The notes under the pieces are model-generated. The model was not told the origin of the DNA, made no database searches, and saw nothing but the letters and a program-made list of their open reading frames with translations. A DNA stretch of 64,000 nucleotides from Monocercomonoides exilis PA203 (lineage: Eukaryota; Protista; Preaxostyla): contig LSRY02000034.1 of the NCBI GenBank assembly GCA_001643675.2, forward strand, positions 558,001 through 622,000, written 5' to 3'. Both the position numbers and the translations under genes were made by a program. The stretch's first letter is position 1. Each line of letters begins with the position of its first letter. Below, piece by piece: positions 44,758 through 55,807 of this stretch.

Positions 44758-45259
44758 GGCTATAATTTTATCTTGACCTTTTTTCTATATAAAGACCCTT
44801 TTGTTTTACCCTGCCAACAGCTATGCACAAGCTAGTTTAAAATATAAAATAACCAGAACTGTTTGTAACATAATAATCTAATTATTCTGAACTATTTTTT
44901 TTGATAATTTCATATTTGACAAAAAGATCAAGGAAAATTAAAATTTTATGTATTGATCATTGGCTTGCTGCTTTTCCAGTGAATACTTATTATCAGAAGT
45001 TTTAAACTTTTATATCATAATACAACATTTATTTTTTATGGTTTTGTTGTTTAAAACATTCTCAACTTGTTTTAATAATATTTTTTTCTCTTTTCATACA
45101 TTTTTTCAAAAAACACGATTTTAAGGACACATATGAATTTGTTTTGAAATATATTGAAATGAGAAATAAACATTATTAAAATAAAACGATTCTTGAGTGT
45201 TAAAACGATGATTTATTTATGAGTGTTTGGTCATTTGAAACACAAAAAAATGATATGTA

Positions 45260-45709
45260 CAGTCAAAACCGGATATAATCACATCGAATACAATCACATT
45301 CATTTATAGTCACATTTTTCGATGCACCTACATTTTTTGTTTGTTTTTCATTCATTTTCCATCGCATACAATCACAGGGCTGTAAATATATAATCACATT
45401 TTTTATTATTATGCGTTAATATTTCAATGAAAAATCGGTTTTTTGATCAAAATTTTCAAAAAATCGATTTTTCAAAATAATGTTAAAATAAGTCTGAATA
45501 ACATAATAAAACAATAAAAATTGTTATTTCTATTGAAAAATGTGTATTTGTCAAGTTTTTTCAAAAATAAAAAAATTGACCCAAAATTAATTATTTCTAA
45601 AATAAAATGTCATTTTTTTCTGTGTAAAGCATCATCGTGTATAATCACAATCGGATATAGTCACAAAAAGTCCTGCAAAAACCGATGTGATTATATCCGG
45701 TTTTGACTG
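45260..45709. mobile_element. TA-flanked MITE family A, intact
   Basis: TIR cagtcaaaaccggatataatcacatcg; TA at 45258-59 and 45710-11. Confidence 0.93.
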
Positions 45710-45871
45710 TATAATCATGGACAAAACCCGGGAAAAGGACAAAACCCGGAAGCATACCCTGCAGTTTTCGATTTCTTCAGATTTGATTTATTTCTAAGTT
45801 TGATTGAATTAGTTGTTGGCATATTCACAGAGAACGGGGCAGCTTTGATCTGACCCAGTATTTTTTTATTT

Positions 45872-46030
45872 TTAGGGTTAAAATTTCAAAATAATCACTG
45901 TATTAATTGCTTGGTTTAGGTTTTAGGGTTAGCGTAACAGTTCTTGGGCTTAGGGTTTTGTTCCCGCTCTTTTTTTTAGGGTTAGCACACAAAAAAATTT
46001 GATCTTTTTGGATTTTTTGGGTTAGGGTTA
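45872..46030 (+). repeat. Dispersed degenerate telomeric repeats (TTAGGG, telo-box-like)
   Basis: At least five ttagggtt units plus variants, all on one strand. Confidence 0.8.
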
Positions 46031-46066
46031 AGCCAGGTTTAAGTTGAGTCATAAGAAAGTAAAGCT

Positions 46067-46157
46067 GGGCTTTGGCTCGAGTAGCGCAAGCGGTAGCTAC
46101 CTCGACCATTGATATTCCGTTGGTCAAAGGTCGGGGGTTCGACTCCTGCCAAAGCTC
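46067..46157 (+). ncRNA. tRNA-related or vault-RNA-like Pol III transcript, 91 nt
   Basis: A box TAGCGCAAGCGG, B box GGTTCGACTCC, 10-bp terminal stem gggctttggc/gccaaagctc, central hairpin gacca/tggtc, T7 terminator. Confidence 0.65.
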
Positions 46158-46946
46158 TTTTTTTCTGTGTTTTTTATGATTTTTTTCATTGAAATTTTTT
46201 TGCCCCGTTCTCTGTGAATACACCTAGTTGTTCACGTACATCTGGAAAAAAACAAAAAATAGAAAAACAATGTCTATTTAAGTTGTTTTTTGATTGAATT
46301 CTTTTCTATTTTAATAACCTTGGTGAGAAAAAAAAACATTAACCGAAGCATTTGGCTTTCGTTATTTATGGAACAAAAACGAAAATTTATAAATCGGGCA
46401 TTCAAAGTTTTTGTTCCTCGAAAATAGTTACGTTATTTAGTTAAAGTCAAACTGTCTTCCCCAAGCTGATTCTGAAACCTTCTTTCTTTTTCGTTTTTCA
46501 GTCGCAAACAATACATTCTCCTCCATTTCTTCTTCTAAGTTTTGCCCAGAAATTGTTTTATCACAACTTTTGTTCTGTTGCTCATCATGTTGACTCACTG
46601 ATGCCAGCTTGGATTGGACGACGCTGCATTTGTTCAGTTCACATTTTCCTGTAAAAAAAACAATTTTCTTAAAAATAAACCCAAAAATATGATTTGGGTG
46701 ATTATTTTTGAAATCATATTTGTTTGAACAAAAATTTCTGTTTATCAACATAGTTTTAAATCTTTGTTAATGAACTCTGAAAAGTGACTGATCTTTTTTG
46801 TGACACCTCTTCAATTTTTTCAAGTTAAACTTGTGCCTTTAAAACAATAGATAAACATTTTTTGCTTGAAAGAAAATTATTGAACAAATAACAATGTATA
46901 TTCTAAATATTCAACTCCCCGAAAAAAGTTATGATTACAAAAATAA

Positions 46947-48370
46947 TCACCCATTTAAATTATATAAGCCTTCCTCATGTGTGTCGTTCTCCTCAACAAA
47001 TTCATCACTTGTGATAACCTTTTTGTTCATGATTTCGGAAAAAGTGCATGAAGAAGTTAGCGAAGAAGTTTTTGCGATTGACAACTGATTGGGCAATCGA
47101 TCCAAAACAACAGAAGGATCGAAGGGCTCAATTCCGCATGCGTAGGATGATTTTCTAATAGTTCTGGGATCCAGTGCAGCACTCACTGCATCTGCCAAAG
47201 CTGGAATAAGAGCTTTTCTGGAGGCAGATACTCCACTTTCGGTGGGAGGTTTGAAAGAAGAATACAAACTTTTTTTGAACCGGGCAAACACGTATCTATC
47301 AAGGGGTTGTGTTAAATGAGTGGAATGAGATGGAAGAATTGCAATTTCAATTGAATGTGTGCAGCACCAGGACATTACTGGCCAACAAAGCCTTGACGAA
47401 TGTCCATCCATAATAATTAGCGCTGTTGCTTCTTTTCCATGAAGTTCTATTCTTTTCTTGTCTATTGCAGGTAATATGTGTTGCATCATAATTTCTTCGT
47501 AGTCAGTTTTTGTAATCCATCCACTTCCATTGGTAATAATTTCAACATTTCGAAACTTCAAAGGAAGAAGATCTTTTGGAACTGTTTTGGAAGGCCACAA
47601 CATCAAAGGATTCAAAGAAGATCCGTCCGTATAAACTCCAAAAATTAATGTCGCGTTGGGCTCATGCTGTTGTGAATGTAATACTGACTGCTTTTGATCT
47701 GAATCTGTGATGATGTGGTTATTATCTGATTTGCATAAACTGATTCCAGTTTCGTCAATATTTAAAATCAGATCCTGACTGATTTTTTTTGTTTTTAATG
47801 TTTCCTCCAATAATGAAAACCATGAAGAAATGTTAGCAGGAGAGGATGCTAGAAGCCGTTTTACATCCATATATTTTGGCTTTTCCATTTTCAAAGCGTT
47901 GCTTTTTCTTATAAATCTTCGAGCCCATTTTTCATTAATTTCTTTCATTTCACATTCGTCATCTTCATTTCGTTTTCTTCTCTTCAAAACATTCTCAGCC
48001 TAAAAATATAAATTGAAAAGAGTTGAAAAACATATCCTTAAATAAACCATACAATTCTGATGACATCTTTTATTGTTATTTTGTTAGTCGAAATTAATAG
48101 TGTTTTCGCACAATCTTCAATTTCTTCTTGTTCTTCTTTGTTGAACATGTTCGGTCTACCATTGTGTTGAGGATCTCTTCCCTGCTTTAAAGAAGAGATA
48201 TGTCGATATAGAGCCGAAGAAGAAACTAACCCTGAAGAAACAATGCTTTTGTGTGAAATTTCTTCTTTTGATAGAAGAAAGTTGATTTTTTCAACTTTTG
48301 AATCCAGTCTTCGATACTCGGCTGTTGCAAAAATTTTGGAAAGAGCTGTTGAAGAAGGAAAAGAAGACAT
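46947..48370 (-). CDS. pogo-like DDE_1 transposase, 2 exons (intron 48052-48000), uninterrupted
   Basis: GRPNMF, NIDETG, GWIT, IIMDGHSSR, LPSHSTHLTQPLDR; phase-0 intron joins the two ORFs. Confidence 0.92.
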
Positions 48371-50101
48371 ATTGAAGGAAAATGGATACGTTATGGTTTA
48401 TCGATCCATACATAAAAGAGAAATATATAATTCAAGTTCAGTTTTTTATTCATATTATTATTGTATTATTGTTAAACAATAAAAATAAGCATGTGATTAC
48501 TAATATCAAATTTGATAATTTGCTTTTTCTTTTTTTCGTTTTTTGTTAGAAATTTCCGGGTTTTGTCCATGATTATGCATAATTTTCAGTTCAAATTCTT
48601 GAAAAGTTCCTTTTCATTTCATTGCTTAATGCAAATAAACGATAAATAAGATTTTGTATATTTTTTTCATTTTAATAAAATTTGACACAAACACTTGTTT
48701 ATATAAATAATCGTGTTTTAAGCAAAAACAGTGAAATGAGAAAAAAAGGTCAAAAATAAAATTGAAAATGTTAAAAACAAGTTAAAATAATAATATAGGA
48801 ATGTGGAATGCTGATGCTGTGGCTTAAAACGTTCAGTATTAAATATTCGCTTCACAGCCAGCAAGTCTTTGATCTGGGTACTAAAATAAAAAAAATAACA
48901 ATTTTTATGAACAAATTTTTTTTTTAAAAATTAAATAACAGAAAGTTGTAAATAATTATAATAAATTTGTTTATTAATTTATTTTTTGTTTCAAACCTTT
49001 GCTAAGCTCGAAAAAAGCTTCAGAAAGTTTCAAAAAAAAGGGTTGAGATAAATTTTTTAGGTCAAGATAAAATTTGCACCCCATGGACAAATTGTAAGAT
49101 TGTGTGAAAGATGTGGAAGAAATAATTTAATTGACGAAAACATAAGCAACAGAAAATAAACATTTTTTGTCACATGTGAGTTTATTTTTTTTTTCGTTTC
49201 TTTTCTTCTTTATATTTTCCCTCTTGCCTCCATCCTTTTTGTGGAGTTATTCCTTCCTCTTCCAACTCACATAAAACATGTTGATGGTGCCATCCTCCCC
49301 AGCCTCAACAGCCCATCAACTTCTCTCTCTGCCTTCAATACCTCTTTTCTCCTCCAAACACTTTCTTCATCAGATGATCCTGTTGTGCGGTGAGCATATT
49401 TTATCTTGACCTAAAAAATTTATCTCAACCCTTTTTTTTGAAACTTTCTGAAGCTTTTTTCGAGCTTAGCAAAGGTTTGAAACAAAAAATAAATTAATAA
49501 ACAAATTTATTATAATTATTTACAACTTTCTGTTATTTAATTTTTAAAAAAAAAATTTGTTCATAAAAATTGTTATTTTTTTTATTTTAGTACCCAGATC
49601 AAAGACTTGCTGGCTGTGAAGCGAATATTTAATACTGAACGTTTTAAGCCACAGCATCAGCATTCCACATTCCTATATTATTATTTTAACTTGTTTTTAA
49701 CATTTTCAATTTTATTTTTGACCTTTTTTTCTCATTTCACTGTTTTTGCTTAAAACACGATTATTTATATAAACAAGTGTTTGTGTCAAATTTTATTAAA
49801 ATGAAAAAAATATACAAAATCTTATTTATCGTTTATTTGCATTAAGCAATGAAATGAAAAGGAACTTTTCAAGAATTTGAACTGAAAATTATGCATAATC
49901 ATGGACAAAACCCGGAAATTTCTAACAAAAAACGAAAAAAAGAAAAAAGCAAATTATCAAATTTGATATTAGTAATCACATGCTTATTTTTATTGTTTAA
50001 CAATAATACAATAATAATATGAATAAAAAACTGAACTTGAATTATATATTTCTCTTTTATGTATGGATCGATAAACCATAACGTATCCATTTTCCTTCAA
50101 T

Positions 50102-51525
50102 ATGTCTTCTTTTCCTTCTTCAACAGCTCTTTCCAAAATTTTTGCAACAGCCGAGTATCGAAGACTGGATTCAAAAGTTGAAAAAATCAACTTTCTTCTA
50201 TCAAAAGAAGAAATTTCACACAAAAGCATTGTTTCTTCAGGGTTAGTTTCTTCTTCGGCTCTATATCGACATATCTCTTCTTTAAAGCAGGGAAGAGATC
50301 CTCAACACAATGGTAGACCGAACATGTTCAACAAAGAAGAACAAGAAGAAATTGAAGATTGTGCGAAAACACTATTAATTTCGACTAACAAAATAACAAT
50401 AAAAGATGTCATCAGAATTGTATGGTTTATTTAAGGATATGTTTTTCAACTCTTTTCAATTTATATTTTTAGGCTGAGAATGTTTTGAAGAGAAGAAAAC
50501 GAAATGAAGATGACGAATGTGAAATGAAAGAAATTAATGAAAAATGGGCTCGAAGATTTATAAGAAAAAGCAACGCTTTGAAAATGGAAAAGCCAAAATA
50601 TATGGATGTAAAACGGCTTCTAGCATCCTCTCCTGCTAACATTTCTTCATGGTTTTCATTATTGGAGGAAACATTAAAAACAAAAAAAATCAGTCAGGAT
50701 CTGATTTTAAATATTGACGAAACTGGAATCAGTTTATGCAAATCAGATAATAACCACATCATCACAGATTCAGATCAAAAGCAGTCAGTATTACATTCAC
50801 AACAGCATGAGCCCAACGCGACATTAATTTTTGGAGTTTATACGGACGGATCTTCTTTGAATCCTTTGATGTTGTGGCCTTCCAAAACAGTTCCAAAAGA
50901 TCTTCTTCCTTTGAAGTTTCGAAATGTTGAAATTATTACCAATGGAAGTGGATGGATTACAAAAACTGACTACGAAGAAATTATGATGCAATACATATTA
51001 CCTGCAATAGACAAGAAAAGAATAGAACTTCATGGAAAAGAAGCAACAGCGCTAATTATTATGGATGGACATTCGTCAAGGCTTTGTTGGCCAGTAATGT
51101 CCTGGTGCTGCACACATTCAATTGAAATTGCAATTCTTCCATCTCATTCCACTCATTTAACACAACCCCTTGATAGATACGTGTTTGCCCGGTTCAAAAA
51201 AAGTTTGTATTCTTCTTTCAAACCTCCCACCGAAAGTGGAGTATCTGCCTCCAGAAAAGCTCTTATTCCAGCTTTGGCAGATGCAGTGAGTGCTGCACTG
51301 GATCCCAGAACTATTAGAAAATCATCCTACGCATGCGGAATTGAGCCCTTCGATCCTTCTGTTGTTTTGGATCGATTGCCCAATCAGTTGTCAATCGCAA
51401 AAACTTCTTCGCTAACTTCTTCATGCACTTTTTCCGAAATCATGAACAAAAAGGTTATCACAAGTGATGAATTTGTTGAGGAGAACGACACACATGAGGA
51501 AGGCTTATATAATTTAAATGGGTGA
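50102..51525 (+). CDS. pogo-like DDE_1 transposase, 2 exons (50102-50419, 50473-51525)
   Basis: Same motifs as the mirror copy; intron gtatgg...ttttag 50420-50472. Confidence 0.92.
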
Positions 51526-52246
51526 TTATTTTTGTAATCATAACTTTTTTCGGGGAGTTGAATATTTAGAATATACATTGTTATTTGTTCAATAATTTTC
51601 TTTCAAGCAAAAAATGTTTATCTATTGTTTTAAAGGCACAAGTTTAACTTGAAAAAATTGAAGAGGTGTCACAAAAAGATCAGTCACTTTTCAGAGTTCA
51701 TTAACAAAGATTTAAAACTATGTTGATAAACAGAAATTTTTGTTCAAACAAATATGATTTCAAAAATAATCACCCAAATCATATTTTTGGGTTTATTTTT
51801 AAGAAAATTGTTTTTTTTACAGGAAAATGTGAACTGAACAAATGCAGCGTCGTCCAATCCAAGCTGGCATCAGTGAGTCAACATGATGAGCAACAGAACA
51901 AAAGTTGTGATAAAACAATTTCTGGGCAAAACTTAGAAGAAGAAATGGAGGAGAATGTATTGTTTGCGACTGAAAAACGAAAAAGAAAGAAGGTTTCAGA
52001 ATCAGCTTGGGGAAGACAGTTTGACTTTAACTAAATAACGTAACTATTTTCGAGGAACAAAAACTTTGAATGCCCGATTTATAAATTTTCGTTTTTGTTC
52101 CATAAATAACGAAAGCCAAATGCTTCGGTTAATGTTTTTTTTTCTCACCAAGGTTATTAAAATAGAAAAGAATTCAATCAAAAAACAACTTAAATAGACA
52201 TTGTTTTTCTATTTTTTGTTTTTTTCCAGATGTACGTGAACAACTA

Positions 52247-52653
52247 GGTGTATTCACAGAGAACGGGGCAAAAAAATTTCAATGAAAAAAATCATAAAAA
52301 ACACAGAAAAAAAGAGCTTTGGCAGGAGTCGAACCCCCGACCTTTGACCAACGGAATATCAATGGTCGAGGTAGCTACCGCTTGCGCTACTCGAGCCAAA
52401 GCCCAGCTTTACTTTCTTATGACTCAACTTAAACCTGGCTTAACCCTAACCCAAAAAATCCAAAAAGATCAAATTTTTTTGTGTGCTAACCCTAAAAAAA
52501 AGAGCGGGAACAAAACCCTAAGCCCAAGAACTGTTACGCTAACCCTAAAACCTAAACCAAGCAATTAATACAGTGATTATTTTGAAATTTTAACCCTAAA
52601 AATAAAAAAATACTGGGTCAGATCAAAGCTGCCCCGTTCTCTGTGAATATGCC
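52247..52653 (-). mobile_element. Merlin-type RNA-carrying MITE, mirror copy
   Basis: Reverse complement of 45818-46224, TSD aacaacta. Confidence 0.88.
52314..52404 (-). ncRNA. tRNA-related or vault-RNA-like Pol III transcript, mirror copy
   Basis: Reverse complement of 46067-46157. Confidence 0.65.
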
Positions 52654-52761
52654 AACAACTAATTCAATCAAACTTAGAAATAAATCAAATCTGAAGAAAT
52701 CGAAAACTGCAGGGTATGCTTCCGGGTTTTGTCCTTTTCCCGGGTTTTGTCCATGATTATA

Positions 52762-53211
52762 CAGTCAAAACCGGATATAATCACATCGGTTTTTGCAGGA
52801 CTTTTTGTGACTATATCCGATTGTGATTATACACGATGATGCTTTACACAGAAAAAAATGACATTTTATTTTAGAAATAATTAATTTTGGGTCAATTTTT
52901 TTATTTTTGAAAAAACTTGACAAATACACATTTTTCAATAGAAATAACAATTTTTATTGTTTTATTATGTTATTCAGACTTATTTTAACATTATTTTGAA
53001 AAATCGATTTTTTGAAAATTTTGATCAAAAAACCGATTTTTCATTGAAATATTAACGCATAATAATAAAAAATGTGATTATATATTTACAGCCCTGTGAT
53101 TGTATGCGATGGAAAATGAATGAAAAACAAACAAAAAATGTAGGTGCATCGAAAAATGTGACTATAAATGAATGTGATTGTATTCGATGTGATTATATCC
53201 GGTTTTGACTG
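52762..53211. mobile_element. TA-flanked MITE family A, mirror copy
   Basis: Reverse complement of 45260-45709. Confidence 0.93.
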
Positions 53212-53755
53212 TACATATCATTTTTTTGTGTTTCAAATGACCAAACACTCATAAATAAATCATCGTTTTAACACTCAAGAATCGTTTTATTTTAATAATG
53301 TTTATTTCTCATTTCAATATATTTCAAAACAAATTCATATGTGTCCTTAAAATCGTGTTTTTTGAAAAAATGTATGAAAAGAGAAAAAAATATTATTAAA
53401 ACAAGTTGAGAATGTTTTAAACAACAAAACCATAAAAAATAAATGTTGTATTATGATATAAAAGTTTAAAACTTCTGATAATAAGTATTCACTGGAAAAG
53501 CAGCAAGCCAATGATCAATACATAAAATTTTAATTTTCCTTGATCTTTTTGTCAAATATGAAATTATCAAAAAAAATAGTTCAGAATAATTAGATTATTA
53601 TGTTACAAACAGTTCTGGTTATTTTATATTTTAAACTAGCTTGTGCATAGCTGTTGGCAGGGTAAAACAAAAGGGTCTTTATATAGAAAAAAGGTCAAGA
53701 TAAAATTATAGCCGTATTCTAATTTGAATCCCGTGTGGATGATTAAGAAAAAATA

Positions 53756-54424
53756 CCCCAAAAATTATTCAAAGTCGAAAAACTTTCAATCGAAATCGAA
53801 AAACTTTCAAGCAAAGTCGAAAGTTCGAAAAACTTCAAATCTTCAAAAAGATGACAGAAATAAATTCAAGTCAAAAAACATTGTTTTTGTTAAAATATCG
53901 ATTATATTTGTTATATTAATGATTTTTCATCATTTTTACGATATTTTTCTTTTCTTTCTTTTGACCAATTGCAAATTTTAAAAATATGAGAGAAATTCGG
54001 ACATATTTTTATCTCATTTCAATTAAAAGCACACTTCTTCACAGAAAATTTACTATAGAAAATTTTTATTTTTTTTCCTATTTTATGTAGAATGAAGAAT
54101 ACATTATTGACTCTCTTATTTAATGTTTTTTCATCACAAACAACTCATTTCTTATAGAAGGAAACAAATATTTTATGCTTCGTTAAGAGTTTATTTTTGA
54201 GTTTATTTTGATTCCAAATCTTCAAAATATGCAGAAAACAATGACACAAACATTGCTAATAATAATCACAAAAACAAAAGAACAAAGATCCACTTCAAGT
54301 GAATTTTCCAAATTAATCGTTCATTTTTTGTCAAGGTTTCGATTTCGATTAAAAGTTTTTCGACTTTGGTTGAAAGTTTTTCAATTTTGATTGAAAGTTT
54401 TTCGACTTTGAATAATTTTTGGTG
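53756..54424. mobile_element. MITE with TIRs built from ~21-bp tandem units
   Basis: ccaaaaattattcaaagtcgaaaaactttcaatc at both ends in inverted orientation, repeated aaagtcgaaaaactttcaa units, TA flanks. Confidence 0.85.
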
Positions 54425-54742
54425 TACTTAATGAAAAGTGAAACGAACCTTCAACTCATAAATTCAGTTTATCATTCGACTCTCATTAGCTTTATTATTA
54501 TACTGTGTTTAAATGTGTTTCCATTTTTTAACAAAAAAATCAAAACCCTTGAAATTAAAAAATTGAGAATCCATAAAAAAATACCCACAAAATATGATTG
54601 ATAGGTAATTCTGAAAAAATAAATAAAAATTTTCAATGCCGTTCTGGACAGATTTCAACGTTGATTCGAATAAGAAAACTTCATCAAAAATAATCCAAAA
54701 TCAATTGAAATAAATCCACATTATTTGAATAAAATGGAGTTA

Positions 54743-55807
54743 CCGTCGTTCAGAAACCCGGGAATTTTTCAAAAACCCGGACTTTTTATAAAATTTCATA
54801 TATCTCGACAAGTTTCAAAAATTAAATTATAATAATTCACACATTCATACATCAGTATATAACGCATCTAACCATATTGAAATTTTTATTTATTGTGCTG
54901 TATTTATGAAGAAATAAATAATTTTTATTTTTGATAATATGACTTTTAATAATTTATTCTGTTTCAACAAAACGATTCAGTTCATCTTTTATACATAAAA
55001 CTTATTTTTTCTTTGTTGCAAACTGTTCTGGTTATTTTTCATTTTCGGCAATTTGCTCTTTCTAATGGAAAAAAAAAACTATCATTTTTGAAAAACATTA
55101 GCAATGGGATAATTTAAAAATTATTTTTTGCACAACACGAAAATATCCAAGTGAATTTAACACATACAAAAATAAATATGATAGTTGTATAAAATTTCTT
55201 TATTGATGAAATTTTAAATGATTCATTAGGTATTTCATAAAACGCGATTTGGTAGAAAAATCATAGAAAATGATCATTTTAAATCATTAACTAGAAAAAT
55301 AATCTTGATTTATAAAATACCTACTGAATCGTTTAAAATTTCATCAATAAAGAAATTTTATACAACTATCATATTTATTTTTGTATGTGTTAAATTCACT
55401 TGGATATTTTCGTGTTGTGCAAAAAATAATTTTTAAATTATCCCATTGCTAATGTTTTTCAAAAATGATAGTTTTTTTTTTCCATTAGAAAGAGCAAATT
55501 GCCGAAAATGAAAAATAACCAGAACAGTTTGCAACAAAGAAAAAATAAGTTTTATGTATAAAAGATGAACTGAATCGTTTTGTTGAAACAGAATAAATTA
55601 TTAAAAGTCATATTATCAAAAATAAAAATTATTTATTTCTTCATAAATACAGCACAATAAATAAAAATTTCAATATGGTTAGATGCGTTATATACTGATG
55701 TATGAATGTGTGAATTATTATAATTTAATTTTTGAAACTTGTCGAGATATATGAAATTTTATAAAAAGTCCGGGTTTTTGAAAAATTCCCGGGTTTCTGA
55801 ACGACGG
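54743..55807. mobile_element. Foldback MITE with ~500-bp near-perfect arms and ~70-bp loop
   Basis: ccgtcgttcagaaacccgg...ccgggtttctgaacgacgg; TA on both sides. Confidence 0.93.

Larger units (their letters stand above)
45818..46224 (+). mobile_element. Merlin-type MITE carrying TTAGGG-like repeats and a Pol III-type RNA gene
   Basis: GG...CC ends, 20-bp TIR core tattcacagagaacggggca, 8-bp TSD tagttgtt at 45810-17 and 46225-32. Confidence 0.88.
45712..48575 (-). mobile_element. pogo-like DNA transposon (family P2)
   Basis: Perfect TIRs taatcatggacaaaacccgg enclosing the transposase. Confidence 0.92.
44758..49080. mobile_element. GG...CC TIR host element (~1 kb without nested inserts)
   Basis: TIRs ggctataattttatcttgacct and aggtcaagataaaatttgcacc; no TSD found. 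Confidence 0.7.
49897..52759 (+). mobile_element. pogo-like transposon P2, mirror copy
   Basis: Reverse complement of 45712-48575. Confidence 0.92.
44758..53713. repeat. ~9 kb inverted duplication: arms 44758-49073 and ~49399-53713 with a ~325-bp spacer
   Basis: Mirrored sequence and mirrored ORFs; differences seen are a H/Y codon in the transposase and a 1-nt indel. Confidence 0.97.

Noticed and set aside
45872-46030. True telomere or chromosome fusion scar
   Set aside because: Repeats are dispersed, degenerate and enclosed by TIRs and a TSD.
46067-46157. Canonical tRNA gene (Ile-GAT or Gln-TTG)
   Set aside because: No 7-bp acceptor stem in register with the A box and no 5-bp stem with 7-nt anticodon loop; reported as ncRNA instead.
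45903-46223. 106-aa ORF and its mirror at 52248-52568
   Set aside because: Antisense reading of the RNA gene and telomeric repeats; GTG start inside the TIR.
53760-53835. CRISPR-like array
   Set aside because: Tandem units with no unique spacers, mirrored as TIRs, eukaryotic context, no cas genes.
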